This document shows, piece by piece, positions 1 through 8,343 of a stretch of DNA of 64,000 nucleotides. Numbering within the stretch: position 1 is the first letter of the stretch; the number at the start of each line of letters is the position of its first letter. The DNA comes from Leptonemataceae bacterium (GTDB lineage: Bacteria; Spirochaetota; Leptospiria; Leptospirales; Leptonemataceae), in NCBI GenBank assembly GCA_965227295.1, contig OZ245742.1, positions 672,001-736,000 of the forward strand, written 5' to 3'. The position numbers and the translations under genes were made by a program. A model generated the notes under the pieces. That model saw only the letters and a program-made list of their open reading frames with translations, made no database searches and was not told where the DNA came from.

Positions 1-1
1 A

Positions 2-307
2 ATCAATGTCATTAACAATTCGCCCATGAGCGTAGTGGACAAGAACCGCGTCGAGTACAACCTGGACAAAATCAAAGAAGACCTCATCAACGCCACCCGC
101 AATCCTTACGAAGCCGCCGTGCAACTCTACGACAAAATGGACGACCACGCCGGCGGCGGCTTCGGCGCCGGTCTGCGCAGTATCGTACTTTTCTTAAAAG
201 AAGGTTACCGCCCCTTTGAGAGCATCGAGATCATTTTCTCGCGGCTCATCCAGTATCGTTCCGCCGGCAACTCCACGATCTTCTCCATTGAACTTCCGGT
301 CCCCTGA
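2..307 (+). CDS. C-terminal part of a hypothetical protein, possibly HATPase-like; gene starts before the window
   Basis: Frame is open from base 2 (INVINNSPM...). Contains a Gly-rich GGGFGAGL motif and ends TIFSIELP, resembling GHKL G-box/terminal strand. Confidence 0.45.
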   Translation: MNVINNSPMSVVDKNRVEYNLDKIKEDLINATRNPYEAAVQLYDKMDDHAGGGFGAGLRSIVLFLKEGYRPFESIEIIFSRLIQYRSAGNSTIFSIELPVP

Positions 308-328
308 GACCGAGGCGCATCCGCGCAT

Positions 329-2131
329 ATGTCCACCGCCACTACGCTGACACTTGTTGTTCTCCTGGGTGTCCTGGCCCAATGGGCCGCCGCACGGTTG
401 CGCACGCCGTCGATCCTGGTCCTGTTGATGGCCGGCTTCCTGGCCGGCCCCATCAGCGGTTTCCTGAATCCCGACGAACTCCTCGGCGATCTGCTCTTCC
501 CGGTGGTGTCTTTGTCCGTGGCCATCATTCTGTTCGAGGGCGCCTTAAGTCTCGGCATGGGCGAGTTGCAAAAAGTCGGTAGCGTTGTCCGCAATCTGCT
601 CACCGTCGGCGTCGTGATTACCTGGGGCCTGTCGGCGTTGTGCGCATACTATGTACTTCAATTCGATGCGCCCATGTCCGCATTGCTCGGCGCGATCTTA
701 ACGGTTACCGGGCCGACGGTGATCCTGCCCATGCTGCGCCACATCCGGCTGAACGGCCAGAGCGGTTCCATATTAAAATGGGAAGGCATCGTGGTGGACC
801 CGATCGGCGCGGTGCTCGCGATTCTGGTGTTCGAGGCCATCGTCGCCGGGCCGGAGGGTACCGTGGGGCACACGGCGCTCGGGATCCTCAAAACGGTGCT
901 GATCGGCGGCGGCTTCGGGGCCGCGGCGGCTCTGCTCTTAACCCTGGCTCTGCGCCGGGACTGGGTTCCCGAGACGTTGCACAACCCGCTGTCGCTCATG
1001 ACGTTGCTTACGGCCTTCGCCCTCTCCAACGAAATCCAGCACGAGAGCGGCTTACTCGCCGTAACCGTCATGGGTTTTATGTTAGCGAACCAAACGCGCG
1101 TACCGGTGCGGCACATCGTGGAATTCAAGGAGACCCTCGGGACGCTGCTCATCGCCACGCTGTTTATCGTGCTCGCGGCGCGCATTGAAATCGCCACGCT
1201 CATGCGCATCGACTGGCGTATGTTCGTCTTTCTGGGCGCGCTGCTCTTCGTTGTTCGACCGACAGCCGTATTTCTGAGTACCATCGCGCAGGATGTCAGT
1301 TGGAAGGAACGGCTCTTTCTTTCCTGGATGGCGCCCCGGGGCATCGTCGCCGCCGCGGTAAGTTCGATCCTGGCGCTGGACCTGGTGCGCAAGGGTTACC
1401 CGAAAGAGGACGGCCAGTTGTTCGTTGCCACGGTCTTTTTCGTGATCGTGGGCACTGTAGCGGTCTACGGCATAACGGCGCGGCCCCTGGCGCAATTGCT
1501 GGGCCTGGCCGGAGGAGAACGCCGGGGCATCCTCATCGTAGGAGCGCATGACTGGGCCCGGGAAATCGCGGCGGTGGTGCAGGAAAAGGGCATTCCCGTT
1601 CAGCTCATCGACACGAACACGCAGAACGTAAGCACCGCGCGACTCCAGGGACTCGAAGCAACAACCGGCAACGTGCTCAACGCCGACGACGTCGCGGAAC
1701 TGGACCTCACCGATACCGGTCGGCTCTTCGCGCTGACGTCCAACGACGAGGTAAACTCACTGGCTGCCCTGAATCTGATTCCGTTCTTCGGACGCGCTAA
1801 CATCTATCAAATCTCACCTTACCAGGAAGCGGACCAGCGCAGCAGTTCGGTGCCCCGGGACCTCCGCGGACGATCGCTGTTCAACCGTGACCTGACGTTC
1901 CGCAAGTTCAGCGAACTCTACGTGAAGGGCTGGCGCATGCGTGCAACGCGGCTGACCAAAGAATTCGGTTACGAACAGTTAAAAGAACATTATCACGGAC
2001 GCATCCATCCTCTGCTCAGCATTGCCGACGGGGTGGTGACGGTCTTCTCCACGGAGCGACGGATCGATCCGCGCACGGGACAATTGCTGATCAGCCTGGC
2101 GGCGCCGGAAGAAAAGGGCGAGCGCGGCTGA
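329..2131 (+). CDS. CPA1/NhaP-family cation:proton antiporter with C-terminal TrkA-N-like domain
   Basis: About 12 hydrophobic segments, ILFEGAL, TGPTV, KWEGIVVDPIG and APRGIVAAA motifs; C-terminal IVGAH Rossmann-like region. Confidence 0.9.
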   Translation: MSTATTLTLVVLLGVLAQWAAARLRTPSILVLLMAGFLAGPISGFLNPDELLGDLLFPVVSLSVAIILFEGALSLGMGELQKVGSVVRNLLTVGVVITWGLSALCAYYVLQFDAPMSALLGAILTVTGPTVILPMLRHIRLNGQSGSILKWEGIVVDPIGAVLAILVFEAIVAGPEGTVGHTALGILKTVLIGGGFGAAAALLLTLALRRDWVPETLHNPLSLMTLLTAFALSNEIQHESGLLAVTVMGFMLANQTRVPVRHIVEFKETLGTLLIATLFIVLAARIEIATLMRIDWRMFVFLGALLFVVRPTAVFLSTIAQDVSWKERLFLSWMAPRGIVAAAVSSILALDLVRKGYPKEDGQLFVATVFFVIVGTVAVYGITARPLAQLLGLAGGERRGILIVGAHDWAREIAAVVQEKGIPVQLIDTNTQNVSTARLQGLEATTGNVLNADDVAELDLTDTGRLFALTSNDEVNSLAALNLIPFFGRANIYQISPYQEADQRSSSVPRDLRGRSLFNRDLTFRKFSELYVKGWRMRATRLTKEFGYEQLKEHYHGRIHPLLSIADGVVTVFSTERRIDPRTGQLLISLAAPEEKGERG

Positions 2132-2134
2132 CTT

Positions 2135-2314
2135 TCAGGCCACGCCGGCGGCGGCCAATTGCTCCTGAACCTCGGTGTACGGGGACGCGGTGAGGATCGT
2201 GGCCACGACCTGGCCGCTCTCTTTTTTGGCAACGATCCAGAAGTCCGGCTCTTCTTCGATTACGTAACTTCCGGCCAGTTTCGATTTGAGTTCTGATTTT
2301 TCCGTATCTTCCAT
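2135..2314 (-). CDS. Small 59-aa hypothetical protein (below the ORF-track cutoff)
   Basis: MEDTEKSELKSKLAGSYVIEEEPDFWIVAKKESGQVVATILTASPYTEVQEQLAAAGVA*, preceded by AGGAG 8 nt upstream; it fills the gap and its stop lies 3 bp from the antiporter stop. Confidence 0.7.
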   Translation of the reverse strand: MEDTEKSELKSKLAGSYVIEEEPDFWIVAKKESGQVVATILTASPYTEVQEQLAAAGVA

Positions 2315-2423
2315 AAAGAAATGCTCCTGGCTGAGCTCGTTTTTATTGGACGAGATCTCGCCAGGGATTCTTCTAGAAAAATCGGCGGCGGCTGTGTAAG
2401 TTTCTTTCAGGGAAGATCAGGGC

Positions 2424-3371
2424 TCAGTCTTCGCCGATCACCACGATGCTCTCCGGTCCCGTCCGGGAATCCCGGACGCCGCGGATGGCGGCCGTGACCA
2501 GGGCCTCTCCGGGAAACCCCTGCTTCTGAGCCCGGGAGCGCCCCATACGACGGTAAAACTCTTTCGGAATTTCCGTTACGACGCCCGCGGAAACCGTTGT
2601 CCGTCCGGCATCGCGCACTGCCGCCTGGATCCGCCCGGCAACGTGGCGGGCTCCGGCTTCGGGTGTCTCGGAAAGCACGGCGACGAAGAGGCCTTCTTGA
2701 TCGTAGCGACCCGCGGCGTCGCCGGGCCGGCGCAGGCTTTCCTGAAGCGCTGCCGCGGAACGCTGCACGTTCGCGGCATCGAGAAACGCCTGGCCGTCCA
2801 TCTGCACGGCGATCACCGAAAGCGGCCAGTCGTAACGCATGCAACGCCGCCACTCGGTTTCGTGGAATCGCTCCAGGCCGTAACGATTGAATAGACCGGT
2901 TGCGCTGTCGTGAAGCTCGGGGGCCGAGGCATCCTCCACCCGGCCGGTCAATCGGCGCACGTGCCGTTCGAGGCGGCCGTGCTCCATGCGACAGGTTGCC
3001 AGACGACCGAGGTTGCGCAGCCGTAAATGAAACTCCGCCTCGGACGGCGCCCGGGATACCAGATCCCCGCTCAAGTCTTCGTCGGCCATGATGCCCTGGA
3101 TCAACGCAAAGTACTCCGGCTCCGCGATCCATAGATAGACCGCTTCGTTCGGCATGTTCGCCGCTACGGATCGATAGTCCCCGGCTGTTTCTTCGGAGTC
3201 CACGTCGAAGACCGTAAGGATCGGCTCGGCCGCGTCTTCCTCGCGCACCGAGACCATATCCTGGAGATCGGCGACGGAGTTGCAGGGTATGCATCGATAG
3301 CCGTCGTCGAGGGCGGTCTTTACAGATGATTGAAAGGCGCGGTTGGATGAGACGATGTAGGCGGCAATCAC
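2424..3371 (-). CDS. Degenerate PleD-like protein: pseudo-receiver, coiled coil and degenerate GGDEF domain
   Basis: DSATGLFNR, EWRRCMR..PLSVI, RPGD I-site; active site reads RYDQEGLF instead of RYGGEEF; TVSAGV. Confidence 0.8.
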   Translation of the reverse strand: MIAAYIVSSNRAFQSSVKTALDDGYRCIPCNSVADLQDMVSVREEDAAEPILTVFDVDSEETAGDYRSVAANMPNEAVYLWIAEPEYFALIQGIMADEDLSGDLVSRAPSEAEFHLRLRNLGRLATCRMEHGRLERHVRRLTGRVEDASAPELHDSATGLFNRYGLERFHETEWRRCMRYDWPLSVIAVQMDGQAFLDAANVQRSAAALQESLRRPGDAAGRYDQEGLFVAVLSETPEAGARHVAGRIQAAVRDAGRTTVSAGVVTEIPKEFYRRMGRSRAQKQGFPGEALVTAAIRGVRDSRTGPESIVVIGED

Positions 3372-3411
3372 CCGAATGATTGGCCGCGGATTTCGATGGT
3401 GGTCAAGAATT

Positions 3412-3642
3412 TTAAGGCGTGGAATCCAGGCGGGCTTGCATGATTTCGTGGAGTTTCTGGAAGTCGGCGGGTTGGTCGGTGAGATTAAGCCCTGGATCGA
3501 ATCGTGGTCATTTCATAATGTCCGAACTGTATTGTTTCTGGCCGCCGCTTTGTATGGAGCTTTTTATGGGTACGGCACCTGAAGAGTTGCGGATTGTTAT
3601 GGGGTGGTGAACGGCGCCTTCGGCCTGGAACGTCGGAGTCAC
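3412..3642 (-). pseudogene. Possible decayed partner gene of the AAA ATPase
   Basis: GTG overlaps the ATPase stop (GTGA). The 77-codon frame has one internal TGA (3508-3510) and ends ...LNLTDQPADFQKLHEIMQARLDSTP*. Confidence 0.25.
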
Positions 3643-4700
3643 TGTACCGGCTGGTTTTCGAGGATTACGCGGCGGTCGGCGTCCACCGATCCGAAGACCG
3701 CCTCGGAGTGCGTCGAGATGATGTATTGATTCCACGGGGCGAGTTCGTGCAGCGTGCGGATGAACGTTTGCTGCCATTCGTAGTTGAGGTGCAGTTCCGG
3801 TTCGTCGATGAGCACAAGGCCGGGTTGATCCTTCGTGTGGTTCCAGATGAGGAACATGGTGCTGATGATTTCTTTTTGGCCGGAGCTGAGGCTATCGAAG
3901 GGGATCGAGCCTGAGCCGTCGTTGAGGGTGACTCGGAGTTGTATGCGGTTCTCATTGCCGGCGCGTAATTTCTCGAATGTTCCATTAGCGTACCGGTCTA
4001 CCAAATCATTGAGTAATTCCAGTCGCCCTTTAGAGTAAGCTGAATCAACATCTTCAAAAACTCCGCTCTTTCCAAAGAGCAGTTGGAGGACCTGCAACTT
4101 AAATACAGCCAGGATCGCATCATATCTTCTAGGATATTCCCTCAGATCAAAATACTTTTTCCGAGCACCTCGCATGATTTCCGAAAACTCTCCATCACCT
4201 TCGGATATTTTACGATAACTGTGTAGATAGAGTAGGTCTCTTGTGACCAGAGGATTGGGCTCCCATCCCAAAAGGTTTACAATGTCACCCTCGACCTCGC
4301 GTCGACGATAGCGCCTGAGATCATCGCGCTTAGAGCGACCTTCAATGCTACCGGACAGATTGACCTCATTTGATGTGAAAGTCACCTTAAAGTTTCCGGA
4401 TGAACTCTGACCCTGGATCTCAGAATCAACGCTGGCCACTCGCTCGTTGGCTCTGAGAAACAACTCTCCGATCCGATTCTCACGATCAAACATGAGAGAT
4501 CGCTCACGCTTATCCATAGGAAGTACGTAATAAACCAGAGCACACGCCTCAAGAATCGACGTCTTCCCGATCCCATTGCGACTCCCGATGACCGTCACAT
4601 CCGGATCGCCCTCCATGCGCGGAGGCGGGAACTCCAGCTCGAATTCTTCGAAGGCCTTGAAGTTTTCCAGGCGGATCTTGTTGATACGAAGCGGCGGCAC
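3639..4700 (-). CDS. ABC-type AAA ATPase (AAA_15/AAA_21, OLD/PtuA-like)
   Basis: LENFKAF N-terminus, Walker A SRNGIGKT, signature LSSGQK, Walker B VLIDEPELHL, H-loop STHS. Confidence 0.85.
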   Translation of the reverse strand: MPPLRINKIRLENFKAFEEFELEFPPPRMEGDPDVTVIGSRNGIGKTSILEACALVYYVLPMDKRERSLMFDRENRIGELFLRANERVASVDSEIQGQSSSGNFKVTFTSNEVNLSGSIEGRSKRDDLRRYRRREVEGDIVNLLGWEPNPLVTRDLLYLHSYRKISEGDGEFSEIMRGARKKYFDLREYPRRYDAILAVFKLQVLQLLFGKSGVFEDVDSAYSKGRLELLNDLVDRYANGTFEKLRAGNENRIQLRVTLNDGSGSIPFDSLSSGQKEIISTMFLIWNHTKDQPGLVLIDEPELHLNYEWQQTFIRTLHELAPWNQYIISTHSEAVFGSVDADRRVILENQPVQ

Positions 4701-4776
4701 AATCTTACCCGGGCAGTTTCATCATACTATATCGACCACCGAACTCGCCCACTCCCGCTGCCGGCGGCGTGTTTTC

Positions 4777-6342
4777 TTACTCCGCCGCGGCCAGGATGGC
4801 CGCCGGTAACAACAGGCGATTCAACATCTTCTCGGTCGCCTTGATCGCCGCGACGACCTGGTCGGGATCGACGCCCACCGTGCGGATGTGCCGGCCGTCC
4901 GCCGTCTCCCAGGTGATGACCGTTTCGACGAGGGCGTCGGTCTTGCCGCCGGGAGGAATGCGCACCTCGTAGTCCGTGAGACGCGGGATTTGCAATTCGA
5001 TTTTCTCCGCGATGCCGCGCAGAGCGTTCATGAAGGCGTCGTAACCACCGTCGCCCTTCGACTCGGCGGTGTAAGATTCGCCGCGGTACTCCAGTTCGAT
5101 GCGCGCCGACGGCGAGGCGCCGAGGTGCGTCGTAACAATCGCTTCGCGAATCTTAAGAAAATCGATGCTTTCCTGTTCGCTCTTGCTGCCGAAGAGATCC
5201 ACGATCAGGAACGGCAGGTCGTCGATGGTGACGGTCTTCTTCTGTTCGCCGAGTTGTTTGATGCGATCCAGCAACTTCTGCTCACGCTCGGGGCTCAGTT
5301 CCATGCCCAGGTACTTCAGGTTGTTCGAGATGGATGCCCGCCCCGCGAGTTTGCCCAGGGCGTAGACGCGCTGGCGACCGAAACGCTCCGGCAAAATGGG
5401 ATTCGCGTAGAGGTTGTTCTTTTTGTCGCCGTCGGCGTGAATGCCGGCGGTCTGGGTGTAGACGTCGGCGCCGACCACGGGGCGGTTGGACTGAATGCGT
5501 TTGCCGCTGAACGTTTCGACCAGGCGCGAGGCGGCGGTAATTTCTTTTTCGACAATGTTAGTGCGCGCGCCGAGCTTGTCGTGCAGGGCCGTGACCACGC
5601 TCTCCAACGGTGAGTTCCCCGCGCGTTCGCCCAGACCGTTGACCGCCACGTGCAGTCCGTAGACGCCGGCCTTCGCGGCGCTCAGGCAGTTCGCCACGGC
5701 CAGGCCGTAGTCGTTGTGCCCGTGGAAATCGACGGCCAGCCCATCATGCCGATCCAGCAAATCACGTATGCCGTCGTTGACTTCGTACGGCGACATAACT
5801 CCGAGCGTGTCGGGTAAGAGCAGACGATGCACCGGCATTTCGCGCAGCACGGCCACCATCTCGCGGACATAATTCGGGGAATGCAGATATCCGTTGGACC
5901 AGTCTTCGAGGTACACGTTCACCCGGACGTTGTTTGCGTGCGCGTACTCGACGGTGCGACGGATGTCGTCCAGGTGTTCGGAGAGAGTCTTGCCGAGTTG
6001 CTGCTCGCAGTGGCGTTGCGAACCCTTGGTGAGCAGGTTGATGACACTGCCGCCGGCTTCCAGGATCCAGTCCACGGACTTGCCGTGGTCGGTAAAGCCC
6101 AGGATCTCGATGCGATGATCGACGCCGACGGACCGCGCCCACTGGAAGACCTCGCGCACGCTGTCGAGTTCGCCCGCCGACACCCGGGCACTGGCGATCT
6201 CAATGCGATCCACGCCGAGTTTTTCGAGGAGAAAGCGGGAGAGCTGGAGCTTTTCGAACGTGGAAAAGGACACGCCGTCGGTCTGCTCCCCGTCCCGCAG
6301 GGTGGTGTCCATGATTTCGATGGAATCTCGTAAGTAGTCCAT
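4777..6342 (-). CDS. cimA: (R)-citramalate synthase, Leptospira type (DRE-TIM family with C-terminal regulatory domain)
   Basis: DTTLRDGEQ, IEIASARVS, YLEDWSNG, HGHNDYG, GLGERAGN, TQTAGIHADGDKK and LYANPILPERFG match Leptospira CimA. Confidence 0.9.
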   Translation of the reverse strand: MDYLRDSIEIMDTTLRDGEQTDGVSFSTFEKLQLSRFLLEKLGVDRIEIASARVSAGELDSVREVFQWARSVGVDHRIEILGFTDHGKSVDWILEAGGSVINLLTKGSQRHCEQQLGKTLSEHLDDIRRTVEYAHANNVRVNVYLEDWSNGYLHSPNYVREMVAVLREMPVHRLLLPDTLGVMSPYEVNDGIRDLLDRHDGLAVDFHGHNDYGLAVANCLSAAKAGVYGLHVAVNGLGERAGNSPLESVVTALHDKLGARTNIVEKEITAASRLVETFSGKRIQSNRPVVGADVYTQTAGIHADGDKKNNLYANPILPERFGRQRVYALGKLAGRASISNNLKYLGMELSPEREQKLLDRIKQLGEQKKTVTIDDLPFLIVDLFGSKSEQESIDFLKIREAIVTTHLGASPSARIELEYRGESYTAESKGDGGYDAFMNALRGIAEKIELQIPRLTDYEVRIPPGGKTDALVETVITWETADGRHIRTVGVDPDQVVAAIKATEKMLNRLLLPAAILAAAE

Positions 6343-6558
6343 AATTCCCGCCGTCACGGCTCCGGGCCGTGCTCAGGTCATCTCACGACGACATTATCAT
6401 AAGAAAATAAAAAATCCCGCGGAATTCACCACGGACGCGCGGATTTTTCTTTATCCGTGTCGCGCGGAGTGCAATCCTGCATCGTGCCGTTCGATATTGA
6501 TAATGACGCCGCGGGTTTCCCGGAATCCGCCGGGGCCGGCTTCAGGGAATTCTTCGAC

Positions 6559-7467
6559 GTGCACTTCAGCAAGTTCATCTACTCGGCTGCTGTCTTGATC
6601 ATCGGCATCTGCGCGAGCCTGTATTATCTGGCGTCGCGAACACCGGAATCTTCCGGGCGACCTCTCGTCGCGGAATCAGCGGCTTTGCCCGAGGGTGCGC
6701 GGTATCATCTCGTGCCGATCCTGTGTTTTCACAACGTGGATGGATCCGGGCCCTACGCTGTGACCCGGGAGAAGTTCCGGCAGTACATGGAAGCCATCCG
6801 CCGGAGCGGCGTGCGCGTCATTTCCCTGCGCGAACTCTACGAGGCGGCCAAACGCAACGAACTTATGTCGCAACCGTCCATCGTGCTGACGGTCGACGAC
6901 GACTACAAAAACATCGTCCGCGTGGCGGCGCCCATCTTGCGCGAGTACAACTACCCCGCGACGTTTTTCTTTTATACGCGCGGCATTTTGCCGGATCCAC
7001 GCTGGGGCACTTCCTGGCAGGACCTGCGCCGCCTGCATCGCGAAGGCTTCGATATTCAGAACCACAGCTACAGTCACACGAAGTTTCACGAAAAGCGCGC
7101 GAACGAAGACGACGACGCCTACGCGCATCGCGTGCGCCGCGAGATCATCACATCACGAGAAATCTTGCAGAAGAACCTGCCGGACGCCGACCTCTATGCG
7201 TTCGCGTATCCCATGGGCTTTTACAGCGACTACCTGCGCGAACGCCTGCTCGCCGCCGGTTACGATCTTTTGCTCACCACGGACTCGCGGCCGGTGGATC
7301 TTTCGAAGCCGTTCGATCCCACGTTCGATCGCTACACGATTCAAAAGTTTCTCGTGAAGAATCCCGAGGCGATGTTTCGCAAGCAACTGCAGTATGCGCG
7401 GAGTCCGTTTGATGCGGAGGTGGTGGCGCAGTCAGATGCGGTTGAGGATGATGAAGTGGGGAATTGA
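6559..7467 (+). CDS. Membrane-anchored polysaccharide deacetylase (CE4)
   Basis: N-terminal TM segment, PILCFH, LTVDDD, ATFFF, QNHSYSH, FAYPMG. GTG start follows AGGGA. Confidence 0.85.
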   Translation: MHFSKFIYSAAVLIIGICASLYYLASRTPESSGRPLVAESAALPEGARYHLVPILCFHNVDGSGPYAVTREKFRQYMEAIRRSGVRVISLRELYEAAKRNELMSQPSIVLTVDDDYKNIVRVAAPILREYNYPATFFFYTRGILPDPRWGTSWQDLRRLHREGFDIQNHSYSHTKFHEKRANEDDDAYAHRVRREIITSREILQKNLPDADLYAFAYPMGFYSDYLRERLLAAGYDLLLTTDSRPVDLSKPFDPTFDRYTIQKFLVKNPEAMFRKQLQYARSPFDAEVVAQSDAVEDDEVGN

Positions 7468-7473
7468 ATCCGT

Positions 7474-8343
7474 ATGCGGTCTGATTCTTCCGAGCCGTCC
7501 GAACCAGTCATTACACCGATTGATTTTGCACGTCCGGCGTCGCTCGACGACGGACAAATCAATAGCGTGCGCAAGATGCACGAGGGCTTCGCGTATCTTA
7601 CCAAACAAAGGATTCAGTCTCTCTATTGCATAGACCAGGTTGAATGCCGACTCACGAACGTGGAGCAGATACTGTTTCGCGAGTATCGCGCAGGACGACA
7701 AGAACCCGGCATTTTCTCGTTCATCCAGATGAACCCGATACCTGCCGGGGCCGTTTTCGAACTGGAACCTTCCCTCGCGTTCATATTTCTGGATCTCGAC
7801 CTCGGCGGGACCGGTGATGTAGAAATTCCGAAGCGCGAGCTTTCCGATTTCGAAATGCCCCTCCTCGAAAGGCTCGTCCTGTATCTCCTGGGAAATCTAC
7901 GCGAAGTCTGGTCGTCGGTGATCGATTTACGCCCCAGGCTCGGTAATCTGGGAACAGAACTCGATTGGATTCCGATCGCGCCGGATGACGACATGACCAC
8001 GGTCGCATCGTTTGAGCTCCGCATCAACGACCTCCGGGGCACTATGAGCTTTGCTTATCCGTACGCGTGCTTCCAGGACCTGGAACTGAGCCCGCGGGAG
8101 CACTACTACAACCGGCCCACCGATCATGAAAGTTTCGGAGGCGACATTGCACGCGGCGCGAGCGTGCGGACGTTCCGTGAATTTCGAGTCGCCCGGAACA
8201 CGACTTACGCCGCCGTCAAAAAGTTACAACCCGGCCAAACCGTTTCGATCGATACGGACAACGCGAGCCGAACACTGTACACCGCGCGACTTGAGTCATA
8301 CGACGCATTGAGCGAGCACCACTCTGCGGAAGACCTTTCATGA
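7474..8343 (+). CDS. Divergent FliM paralogue lacking the N-terminal CheY-binding peptide
   Basis: DFARP, MHEGFA, LGGTG (GGxG), RELSDFE, LLGNLREVWSSVIDLRPRLGN follow the spirochaete FliM middle domain; degenerate SpoA tail (KLQPGQTVSID); no LSQxEIDxLL. Confidence 0.8.
   Translation: MRSDSSEPSEPVITPIDFARPASLDDGQINSVRKMHEGFAYLTKQRIQSLYCIDQVECRLTNVEQILFREYRAGRQEPGIFSFIQMNPIPAGAVFELEPSLAFIFLDLDLGGTGDVEIPKRELSDFEMPLLERLVLYLLGNLREVWSSVIDLRPRLGNLGTELDWIPIAPDDDMTTVASFELRINDLRGTMSFAYPYACFQDLELSPREHYYNRPTDHESFGGDIARGASVRTFREFRVARNTTYAAVKKLQPGQTVSIDTDNASRTLYTARLESYDALSEHHSAEDLS

Noticed and set aside
6421-6482. Short minus-strand ORF MQDCTPRDTDKEKSARPW as a cimA attenuator leader peptide
   Set aside because: No Ile/Leu/Val or Thr runs and no RBS.
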